Assembly: GCA_002633005.1 (NCBI GenBank)
Contig: NMRA01000548.1
Location: forward strand, 172,005 to 236,004
Source: Phoronis australis
Taxonomy: Eukaryota; Animalia; Phoronida
Length of the DNA stretch: 64,000 nt
Direction of reading: 5' to 3'
Part shown: piece by piece, positions 48,543-60,800 of the stretch
Numbering within the stretch: position 1 is the stretch's first letter
How the letters are laid out: each line of letters opens with the position of its first letter
The notes under the pieces: model-generated
What the model saw: only the letters and a program-made list of their open reading frames with translations
Told to the model about the DNA's origin: nothing
Databases searched by the model: none
Made by a program: the position numbers and the translations under genes

Positions 48543-51500
48543 TCATATCTCCATATCGAATCTTGGGATTGCTCTAAGTTGAAAATTTTTGCAGGCATGC
48601 GTTGTCCGGAACACCCCTTCCTCTGGTAATGTAGCGACACCTGGCGGTGGTAGCAATGTGAAGTGCTTCATGATGTTTGCAAAGAAGGCAAACATTGTAA
48701 CTTTGGCAAGATGTTCTCCAACACATCGCCGGTTACCTGGAAATAAGCACAAATTTTTAAGTTACAATTAATGTTCCAGATTCGCACGGATCAGTAAAAA
48801 CGATCACAATCATTTGACGTTTTAGAGAAATCGAATCGCATCCAAAGGTCGCCAAGTTGTGCCTGGCTTCAGTTATCTTACTCGGCATCGTAAGCCTAAA
48901 ATTATTTCCAGCTCTGTTGAATAATATTTGAAATGTGTAGAACAGGATCGTTTGAACCTGGGGCTACGACGAAGCTGGACAGCAAGGTCCGCAGTGAAAG
49001 TCCAACGAAGGTCATGACCCTCAGCGGGCTCAGGCAGGGTGCCCCCGTACAGCCATAGATTAATCTATGGTACAGCGCAGAGTCAAAGTACCAAATTCGT
49101 CGTCATTTCGCGCCCCCTATGACCTGATCAGCGGATTCGTAAGTCACTTCACTCACCAAAGGAAAATTGCATGAGTTTGTCCTTGTTGACTATTTTGAGA
49201 TCTGTATTAAGGAAGTTCTCTGGTCTGAAGTTCCAGGGACGAGCCCAGGTGCTGGTGTCTTGGTGCGCTGACCATAAGTTAGTCATTACCTGGCAAATAT
49301 ACACAGTGGACGAAATGATGAAAGAGCAGTGGCGGGCGCTATGCCTATACTGAACTTTCTGGAAAATCAGCTCGCCAAGATGAGGCCTACCGACCTTCCT
49401 TAGTGTCATTTAGGACTGATCTTGGAACTGGAAATTGGTACAAGTATTAACGTATACAACAGTGACTGATGTTCAAAAACATAGTCCCATGCTCTAAATT
49501 CACTGTATTTCAATTTTCATTATTTCCCACAGTTCGAAGAGCCCTCCGAATAAAGCGGCCCATGGGCACCAGCGGCGGATATAGAGGGGAGCCAAGGGAG
49601 CCATGCCCTCCCCCCTAAAATTCTCTCAGATTCCATTTGGCAGTTCGGAAGTGCCGGCGCGAATATCTGACTGGCAAAATCCTGGCTAATACTCTGCCCT
49701 GCCCCACCCCCNCCCCCCAACTCAAAATCCTGGATCTGCCCCATGGGCACTATCAGGATTAGATATAGGTGTGAGAAAAGTTAGGGCGCTGCTGTAAAAC
49801 TGAAGGCAATCTTTTCTGGCGTTAGAGCCCACATCTTGATGAAACGGATTGGGGAGCTGAAACGACCGCGGGTCAGTAAAGTTTGGGCACTCACGATAAT
49901 TCTCGAATACGTTTCCGTTCATGAGGCTGTCATTTAGACTTGTTGTGCAATAAGTAGCTGCGTCCAACTTTGTTTATTGGATTTGTACTGGGTTTTTAAG
50001 CCCATTACATCAGTTCTTGAGGAAATAGTGAGAATTACATTCGTTAGACAGCGTCCAACTAATTATGACTGTTAAGTACGTTCCACTCGTTTCAGATGAA
50101 ATTTAGGCTACACTAAGATGCGTTACTATGTTTGTTGCTAAATTGCTGTGACGTCTATCCTACCAGCGCAACTTGACATAGACCAGCATTAATTGTTTAC
50201 TGTGAAAACGACATTGCAATTACCAATGTGGCTTTAGGTATTTTTCTTGTATTAGCACAGATTCTTGGCGGCTGCATAGACACCTACCGTTGAATTCGCA
50301 GGTATCTTGATCTTCCCGTCAATGGTTACGTCTTCCAGAGTTAGGTGAGGTAGTGACAGCGGCACCACACTGGCCTTCCTCTGCACTTCTAGAAGAACAG
50401 CCTCGCAGTACGGCAGTTTAGAACAGTCTTCGTGAGACACAAGCTCGTTGTTCACACTAACGATATCTAGCTCTGCATGCATTCTCCGCTGGCATTCGGG
50501 ATTATTTGTCATGTACAGTAAAGCCCATTGTAATGTCAACACAGTTGTCTCAGAGCCTCCATTAAAGAGATCCAGCAAAAGATAAAGGCGCTGTTCGCGG
50601 GTAAAACTCTCTTTAGTCCCTTTTCTCATTTGCTCCGAAAATTCACTTAAGATGCTGAAATCATTATGCATTGCACTCACATCTTCTTCATCAACATATG
50701 TCTGTATGAATCTCATGAGTTCCTCTCTGACATTCACGAGTTTTTCATCGTCTGCCCTCTGTCGAAGTTTTTGGAACCATGAAATCTTGTTAGAGAGCGA
50801 TGACTTAGTTGTGAGTTCGAGCGAATCCCTGATAAGGTTAACAAGTCTAACAAATGATTTGTCTCCCATTTGAAATGTTTTCCCCAAAACAACGCTGCAT
50901 ATCATACCCGAAACACAATTCTGCAGTATTTCAAGTGGATCAAACAGCAATCGTTTACTTTTGCTGAATTCGGTTATTACGCACTTAATTTCGTTCTGCA
51001 AGACTTTATCAAAAGTGGCAATCGTTGTTGCATATCTCAATTTGGACATACAAAACTTTCTCTGCTCTTTCCAGTTTGAACAATACGGTGTGTCGGACAA
51101 GCCTGAAAATCGAAATAGCATAAAAATCAGTTCATAAGAGATCTACCATTGCTAAGAATGCAACTGCTTCTTGATCTTGTAGTTCGGGAGACTAACACCT
51201 ATGGTAGAAGCTACAAAACACAGTACGGTCTTCACTCGGGAATGTCAACATTGGGTAATCTCTCGATATGCCAGAAGCAGGCTTCTTTTGAAATCACATG
51301 GCAGCACATGACGGCGACATCCCGTTGCTCCCAACTTGTTCGATTCCATAGCCCAACAAGTTGGGAAGTTTACCCCCGTAGCCAATATCTTACACGACTG
51401 ATTAACTCCATTCTGGCACTAGGGTTGGAGAGCCTGCGCTCTTTTGTTCGATAATTGCCAATAGCATTTCTGAATTCCTCGTCACATGTTGATCATGTTG

Positions 51501-54129
51501 CATTTTTGAATCACCAAAATCGCCCAACTACAACAGAATTTAAGACAATTTATTGTGTCCAAACGGATTACCAACACACTGCGTTCTGAATACGCGTTCG
51601 GTAATAGCGTGCAACCACCATACATTTACTTTGAAGCTTGGGAGATAATTGACCTGCTTGTTATCATATGGCACAAAAAAGAGCCGGGCAGCTAACAAAA
51701 GAGCCAGATGTTATCGCACGTTCAGCACCCCTCACGTCTGGAAAAGTTACTGAACGACAGAACGCTGTAATGAATCAGGTCTAGACCAAATTTGACTCCT
51801 TCGTATTCGCAGCGTAATCGTGAAACATTCTGTAATATAATCCCACAATAGTTCTCCATGAATCTGTTAGGACTGGAAGTGCTCTAAATATACGTGCTCC
51901 CTACAAACTGGAACATTCAAGACTTTTCGGTTGCATTTGAATCCGAAAACTATGACCATGATTTTTAAATTTCATCCACCGCCTTGCAGCGCCATTAGCC
52001 TCATGTGCGCCTGTGCGAAATTATGCTTATAATATACGCGAAGTTTAGGTGCATGCACCAATATGCGAACCACTATAGGGTAAAAAGGCAGCAAAAGGGT
52101 ATTATTTCGCATGGGCGCCAAGGTGCTCCAATACAGATATAATACAAAACTTTTTACCAAGTTCCTTGAAAATACGCCAAGGAAACTAAAGACAAACGTT
52201 AAAAATGCCATAAGGATCGCACAGCGGTCGGTAGTTGAAACGTGTGCGCCTTTACACAAATTAATGTATGTGGGCCTATACAGGGGATATTGCCTGGGCC
52301 TATATGCAAAGCTTATAGGCGCATGCGCCAACATGCGAATACATGATTGGTAAAAAGGCTGCGAAAAAGAAATCCTTTCGGATACCATGACAAGCCCATA
52401 GGCACGCCAATATACGTAGTATATTTGTAACAAATTTTAGGAGTTGGACAGAATATGAAAACAGGGTTCAAGATCGATGCAACACAAAGACAAACAATAC
52501 CCTGGTAATGAGAAATATGAAAAGTTTACTGAGTACCTAGGAAGTGAGGATTGTGAAGCTGGATACGACGAAGTAATGGCCGACTCGATACAGCTCTCCC
52601 TTTAGATAGGAACTCTCTAACTGCAGACGGCCCATTCACGATTACCACATTACTGTAAGGTAAAGAACACCTGTGTCAAACATATGGCAATGGACAGGGG
52701 GCGCTCTGTCAATTGATGCTGGGCCAAATAGTATTGACATATCAATTTCATTCACTGATCTCAGTACTTAACAACGACTCGATGAAGTTTGCAAAGAGAT
52801 TCGATAAACTGAGCCGGTCCGAAGTCACGACTAAAAGCCTAAAATTTGCATTTCCGAGGTACCTGCTGGCCTAACATCTTTATAAATTGGCTATTTCGAG
52901 ATTCACTGACGCTTTCAGTTTCCGGCGGTGACGTGAGATCATTTCTAAACATGGCACCTCGACTGGAAAAAGTTTAATAAGAACAACGTTATAACTCATA
53001 TCAGGCGACCCCACTTCATTGTTGTTTGAAAATTTGCAATTGGCAAACGAAGTAAATTCCAAAATAAGAAAATAAAAAACATCACCTTATTATACATTAA
53101 AACTGTTTCGAACTCGGACCTTTTGTATAGGGCTCGCCTCGACTGAAATCAGTGCATGAATTTACCTAGAAAACAGGTTTTAGCGGTATTTGATACTAAG
53201 AAGGCCTATGCAGTTGCTATTTAAGATCAAATATAAAGAAAGCTGTAACAGATCACTTCATGTTCGTCCAGCTTTTGATTTTATTCATGAAAATCGCAAA
53301 AGTCCAATGAATTTCTCATAGTGATAGCAATTCAAAAATTCCCAACAGCACGTTTTGACGCATATACAGTAGGCATATAGTGCAAGACTAGTACCGACAG
53401 TTGTAAAGCCTGTGGACTCCGCCTAACCAGCCAGTCGAGGGGCTACAGCGTTGCTCAAAAGAGTCGTCTGAAAGTTCCACGCGAATCCAATCAGCCCGAT
53501 TCCCGAGGTGACTTGATTCCGAAGTTTTAGTTCGACTGATGAGATCGGTCAGTACACAACGCCGGTACGAGACTTACACTGACATCTGTAGGGGATTTCC
53601 TTTGACCTTATTTCAAGCCGGGAATTCAAGGTCATTCACTCAAAAATGGATTAGGCCTACTTCACCTTTGGGGATTGCTTTCAACGTTAGAGGCCTACTG
53701 CACCCACACCAAAGAATTCTTGTGCCCGCGTTCAGCCTGTAACTAATCATCTGTCGTGTGCCCAAGCCAAAATTGGCAGAACATCACTTCTCACTGAATC
53801 GTAGGCAGTTTGCAACAAATCGGGTCAAAGCGGCACTCATTGCCGACAGAGTGAACGGTAGTTGCTTACCTGTTGTTGCGCTCAACAACAAAAATATCTC
53901 CATACCGTCTCGCCAGCTCATGGTACGTAACGAAAATTGGGACATTTTGTCGTAGGAAAGGTGAAATTCCAATAAAAGGAGCAGGCGGAATATAAGGCCA
54001 ATGATTCCATAACGGCAAGGTCCTTCCTGCTAATAACCATGCTAAGTTCCGACTGTAGGAAGCAGCCACGCGGTATAGTACAAGCAAGACTAACACAGAA
54101 CACACCACAAGAGTTGCGAAGTCGAACAT
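48543..54129 (-). CDS. Cytochrome P450, CYP2 clan, 505 aa; exons 54129-53870, 52652-52537, 51102-50288, 49289-49157, 48736-48543
   Basis: N-terminal TM anchor, Pro-rich hinge IPPAPFIG, WKEQR, I-helix LFNGGSETT, EVQR, RPENF and heme loop FSFGNRRCVG. Phases 2,1,0,1; total 1518 nt. Confidence 0.93.
49562..49750. mobile_element. hAT-type MITE with 8-bp target-site duplication
   Basis: atgggcac at 49562-49569 and 49743-49750 flanks cagcggcggat...ggatctgcccc. Confidence 0.7.
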
Positions 54130-57100
54130 GAGTCTAACATGCGTCGTATAATTGTTCAAACTAGCCAATAAGAAAACGAATGCGTCCTTCATCAAGACCG
54201 TAGTTAGTGAATGCCAGCTTGAAAGTATCAGCGGCTTCACGGTCATCACGTGACCACGAACGATTTGCGCCAACCGTGTATAACTTGCATGAATGGCGTG
54301 TCGGTAATTAACATATTACGTGCCCTGTACATATAGCACTAGTTGTTTTTCCATTTCCTTTTCAAAACAAATCTTCATCATCGACATAAAATGTCCACTA
54401 TAACTCGGAAAATATATATAAATAAAACATATATTTTCGTGTCATTCATTTGTTTAAATAAAAATTATTCTAAATAAAAAATATTCGATTTACGCAGTCA
54501 CATATGCTACTTTTGATCGACTTTGTGGATTAAGCAACCAAGTTAAGAGGAGTTCTACGGTAGATTCCAGTAAGCTATATCACTGTGCCTGGTAAAGGGC
54601 AAACCACAGGCTGAGATGGGACCAAAAATAACAACTTCAAACTCTGATTCTTTACTTGCATCTTGGTGAAAAAATTAAAGCGATTCCGAAAATTACCAAC
54701 ACTACAAAAAATTTGAAATAGTTGAAAATCAAAAGTTCAGAGTTAATACATGTACCACCTTAACCACCGTAAATATATGAATATGACATGGCCAATGACC
54801 TTGAAACTATTTTTATTTGGAAATGTCATCCTGGAGCTCCATAAATACAGCAGAATGCAGGTGTGTTTCAACAGTTTACCACAGCAGCCATTTATCTTTG
54901 AGACAAAAACGACAGTATTATTGATAAACATTTACAGAAATGCATTTATTCATTTTTAAACAACTAACACTTAACAGCTGAAGGACCCACACAGTTCTCA
55001 CATGCTCAAAGGAACATTTTTGTAGGACTGTCATCTGTAAAACTTGGACACTCACAAAACATTTTCATCGAGAAAGTATTTTAATATGAGCTCTTAAAAG
55101 CCAACATCATGGCTAACAATGTTCATAATAGCTTACTACTAAAATAAACAACTCTATTTTTACATGGAACAGTGATGACCGGCATGACATATGAAAGGAC
55201 AACACAAGATGGAAATTAAAATGACAAAAAACGATGTATATACAATGATCTTTGAGCCCAACTGTCTCGAGATGAACATTAAACAAGTTGAGCGTTTATT
55301 TTACATTGATAAAAAAGATGTCTAATTCCATTAACAGGTAACATTCAAGTTGGCCAAACAAGTGATTTTTCACTAATTAAAAAATAATTCACTAGCCAAT
55401 GTTAGCAAGCAATAAAATATTTTTACTAAAAAATTTGGGCTTTACCACACGGGTGATGGATAAAAAAGTTCATCATGAAACAATACATCTTCAAGAACAG
55501 AATTACCACGCATATTTTACTTATAAATACTGTGCAACATCTATCTATACTAGTATCAGATATTGGCATATGTCTTAAACTTAAAAAGCACACATGTCTT
55601 AAAGCCTAACTTCAACGGAATTTTATCTTAGATGTATTGGGCTAACCAGGTAGTTCTAGCAAAGCAAGTTTAATCGAAAAAATAAGATAATGAGAATTCA
55701 GTCACGTAAATGTAAGCCAGTCAAATGACAGGTGAAGCTGCCTACTTGTGCCATATTGCGTCACCGCGAGATCCCAGGCAAAACAACAAAAGACCGATAA
55801 CAGTTATATTGAATAGTGGTCTGAATAGGTCACCATTGCGGGCGGAAATAATAAAATGGGTATGTAACTATCGCAACCATTAAGCAATTAAAATACAGGA
55901 GATGGCAATTTCTTGGTTTCAGATGAAACGGTAACAACTGGAATGGATCTTAACACCGATATGAAAATAATATTAACACTTTGACGAAAATTGATAAAGG
56001 TAACAAGGCAACCTAATGACATGTTACTACAATAAACTTAATTACCACTATATGCTAAATAGCCAAGCAAACAATACCAACATTAAATACATGTTCAAAA
56101 AATCTCAGCAGTTCCGGACACAATATACAGCACAAGAGAAAGTTTTATATCTTCAATTGTTCATAAAAGATAAGTAACACCAAATAAATGCTTATTGTTT
56201 TTAGTTCTAAACCAGAGCTACAACAGCACAATCCATTTTGAACAACTGCGGCCAGCAACAAAAATTTTAGGAGCTCTTCAAGAATGAAGATCAGATAGTT
56301 ATTTTGTCCCAAATTGGTGAGATGTTACAGTAACATGATGTTACAGTTGCAAATTTGGGTTCTCAAAGTTTAATACTAAAAAATATGGAATTTGAAAATA
56401 TGAGCCCTTTAAGACCAGATCGACTGACTGCAACACATTACACCAAACAAGTGTGTTTGCGTATGGTGTGTGTGTGGGGGGGGGTGTGGTGCGGAGGTGT
56501 GGTGTGGGTAAGTGTATGTTTGTGGGTAATACACTTGTCACTGTAAGTGAATAACTGAGGGACAGTGAAAATATCGAAAACTATATAACACTCATGTGCC
56601 AGTCATAATTATACCGTCAACAAGACATTCAGAAATTGACTTAAACCTTCTACTGGGCATATCACCAGCTAGTCCCATGTTTGCATACAGACATTACAGC
56701 ATTGTGACTATGTACTGTAGGTTGACTGAGCTGTGTGGATCCTACTCCCAAGTTTTATGAACACTGAAAGATGGGGGAGTGCAGGGGTACATCTTCAGAA
56801 ATCACGTCCAGCACACAAGTTTTCCTCAACAAAGGTAACAGTACTTAACAGACAACTTTTTTTCTGTAGTTTAACCCAAATAGATTTAACTTTACTGGGA
56901 GCAAAATTCACACTTTTACTATACTCATAACTACACACGAATTGAAGCCCATGGCATATGAAGGCAGATATGTTGTTTCAGATAGTATACAAATGCTCGA
57001 TGCCAAGCGCTACATCAACTCGCTTAATGCAACCAGGCAAAATTTCCAGACTGGCAAAGAAGAACTGAGGTCGCCACACCCCTTTTGTAAGTGCCAAAAA

Positions 57101-57540
57101 TGAAATGATTGAGATACCTGAAATGAAAAGCTGGCAAACTCGGCAAATGTCTGCCTATACTTGTGAGCTTGCCCTAATGAATTTTTTTTGCTGGAACAGA
57201 AAATTAGGAGTGTCTCACATGTTGGGTAACGACCAATTTTCCCTCTCCTGAGCCCAATATCCCATGTTAAGGCTCGTCTTCGGAGGAAGACAAACATAAT
57301 TGTTTCCTTCTGTTTACTTCTTGTAGTATTTTGCATGCAAGCAGGATGGTGTGATGACTTCATAGCTATCCGGGATTTTTAAAACGAATTCTGAGGTTGC
57401 CTTGGTGAACAACAAATCGCCAAATTGAGCATAGCCTTAGTTTTGAATTCAAAACTCCTTCACTGGTACAGCCACACACAATACAAGTAGAACAATAACT
57501 CTTAACATGTAATAGTATGAATCACAGCAACCACACTACA

Positions 57541-57652
57541 TCGGTAATGGTCTGATATAATGCGCCCGAATTTTGAGAACCAGTTTTCTCCACTGAATAA
57601 CGGGCATCAAACTGGTTCTCAAAATGCGGGCACAATATGTCAGACTATTGCC
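57541..57652. mobile_element. ~110-bp hairpin MITE in the NXF1 3' region
   Basis: Inverted arms ggtaatggtctgatataatgcgcccgaattttgagaaccagttt / aaactggttctcaaaatgcgggcacaatatgtcagactattgcc; same family as 35161-35272. Confidence 0.75.
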
Positions 57653-57827
57653 CACTACATCTATAATTTATTGAAACAACCTTTAACTAAAGCATCAAGT
57701 TCACATTGTGAACATGCAATAATCGTTCAGGTAAAAATGGCTAGCAGTGACGTGCAGCTCAAATCCGACGAAATACAAGTTGCAACTTTCCAGACCTGTT
57801 TCAAAAGGCCTGAAGACATAACATGGA

Positions 57828-60800
57828 TCAAACAAATGCCTCTTCTGGTATCTTCCCCTTTGACTTGAGGTCAAAATATGCTTTAGCTGCATTCTCGTAA
57901 CTCCACTCATTCTGTTTCAAGCACCTGTCAACATAACATCAAGCACCTGTCAATGCAACATCAAGCACCTGTCGATACAACATCAAGCACCTGTCAATAC
58001 AACATCAAAATGTATGATAAGACAAGTCCCAAGGTATGTCCCTTATACTGTCTTATGATCTCACCCCATTGAAAGGTATTGGTCGCAACTTCAAGATGCA
58101 TCAGTTTGCATGGTTGCCATCGACTGTCAATCATATATTAACCAGACATCAACATTAATTTTTGTTCTCCACACAAAAATACTTTAACTAATCTTTCTAT
58201 AAATCAACCACGTCAAAAAATTACTGTGAACTAAAGAGCAACTCATACTGCGGTCAACTACTCACCAAATATGATAACTGCATTTATTGCAAAAGCATCG
58301 AAACAATTGAATACATTTGGTAATTAGCTGTGGAACAGTTACAGTTATTGTAAAATGCAAAAGTAGCCACAATGAACTCAATAGACTTGGTGAAAGGCAC
58401 AAATAACCATTCTTGACATTGAAATTTGCTTCATCAACTTTGCTTGTCTTGACCGCAAGAATATGAAATTGGGTCAAATGAGTTGCTTCAATGTTGAATG
58501 TTTCCTAATCTTCATAACAGTCTGGATTAATGTTAATGTTCACGGTCATCTAAACACCCAACCTAACTTCGCTTTCAAACCCCATGTTCGGATATTTATA
58601 AACTTTGTTGATTCAGAAGCTTTTCAGTTTAAGCAACTTGGACATTAACCTTAACACAAGCAAGAAAACCCAACTATAAGTAGGGATTCTTCAGTTTGTG
58701 ACACAATATGGCGGACAGGTGAAACTTCGTTGTGCCCAATTTCTCAATAAAAAATAGCTTTTCAGGAAAATTTACTTTACTGTAGCATGGTTTGCATGAT
58801 GAAACTATTACCAAACAACATTTGCTAAAAATTTTGAATCCTAGTAAATCACTGAAAAATAGAAATATGTCAATTTCACCCATTATCTTTATCCAATTAA
58901 CTCCATCTGGTGGTTTAGCAAAGTAACAACCTCTCATATTGTTTTGGCACATAGCATGACACCCCTTCAATTCCACCTTTCTCAGTTCAATTTTCAGCAA
59001 AAAATAAAAAAAAACACCGCTCTAACTTCTTGCTAGGCCCAGAAACCATTTGTAATCTAATTAATGCACAATTTGAGATCAACCAACTCGACTTAACAGC
59101 GGTTTGTAAATGGCTCAATCCAAAACTAAGCATCTTTGACAACGAAATCGCAGAGGACAAACAAATTGAGGCTTTAAACACTGAACAAAGCTGTGTTTTT
59201 GAAAGGTCTGTGCCATACATGCAGGGAGGTCACTAAAATGAACAAGGAGAACTTACTGTTCCGAGAATGACACATTCATACCCGACTGTTGTGCAAACTG
59301 ACGGATCATCTCCTGCTTCAGAGCCTCTGACGGCTCATCCATGGGTGAGTTGACGGCGGTAGCAGCGGCCCCAGACACAGGGCTTGTTGATGGGGTCGGT
59401 GCAGGAACGGAGAAGGCGGCCTTGGGGAAGAAATGAAGGAAATGCTAGCCTTGGCAGAATGTTTAGAAATAAAACCACAGGTATCTGTCGTGAAAGATGT
59501 TGATCCAATATATATCTGCACTTTCTGACTGTGAATTATGTTACCTTGAAATTCTGGCTAGGAAACCAAATAAATAACTTTAGTTCCATAAAGGTCTAAC
59601 TATAAATTACAAACTTTTCATTAAGACAATTAGCATAACAGTTCTTAGAGAACATCACAACAGCTGATCAAAAAGTACGAATTAACAAAGTAAAAAAGCA
59701 AAATTCAATTTTCAGTTTTAGCCAGCTAAAGAGCACAAAGTGCAGCATTGAGTACCATTCTGTTAAAAATGTGTAAACTGCTAGAATAAAATTTACTCCA
59801 GAAAACAAAACAGGTCTGCAACTTTTGAGTCGATTCTGTTGATAGAAAATGAATGTCTATCAAAACATGACGACATGAAAAAGAACATTACTGCCAGTCA
59901 TCGGTCAATCCAGTTTATAGACCACACCACCTACCTTAGCCTGCTCCGGTGATACATTTGTAATATTCAGTTGGTCGTTTGATATTAGTATCCTAAAATG
60001 GAAAATAAAAGACCCAAATTCAACCTCACGTTAAACCGCAACAATAGCGATGACAGACTAGTGACCCGAAACTAAATCCACAGTCCCAAGGAGCCGCTGA
60101 CTTCTCCACATTTGACATAGGCTTAAATCGATATCAAATATCAAAACTAAAGAGTGACTACGAACTTGTAACAGTAGCTCTTCACCCATTTAGCACACAC
60201 TAAGGAGCATACGTGAGATTTTAGATCATTGAAACCTTCAAGAACAAGAGCAACTCAGAGCGTTGAAATGCGCCCACAATTGCACCGTATACGGTATACT
60301 TCTAGGGTTGTTTATTGGTACCATAAAGTGGCCAGTAAAGGGCATATATGTAGTATGTTGTACTTTGCAAAATGGAAAGGCATGGTCACTGTCTCCTCAA
60401 TAGGCTAGGGGCAAAATGTGAGTGATCTTCATAATACAAGCACATCCTATACATCAGTTGCTTAAAGCACCACAAAAACATAGAATTCAAAACAAATTTA
60501 CCAACATAAATTTAGTAAAGATCCTGCAAACGGTTTGGGAGATACAGCCATGGGCGCAAAAAAAAAACTGCCACTAGGAGGCGCCACAGTAATCAAAGTC
60601 ATGGGAAATTCAGCGTCAACCGTCCTCTTCATAGTAAGAACAAACATGCCCAATTTTCACAATCATACTTAGAGCGGTTTGGTTGATAGAGGGGTGGACG
60701 CCAAAAAACAGACTCAAAAACAGTAAAAAAGGCTGCTGCGTGTCGCAAACTAGGTCGAATCCATCCGAAAACGGGAGGATAGCGTCATCTCACTAATAGG

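Noticed and set aside
57917-58008. CRISPR-like arrays (also 43009-43200 and 44077-44150)
   Set aside because: Head-to-tail tandem repeats with no unique spacers, in a eukaryotic intron context.
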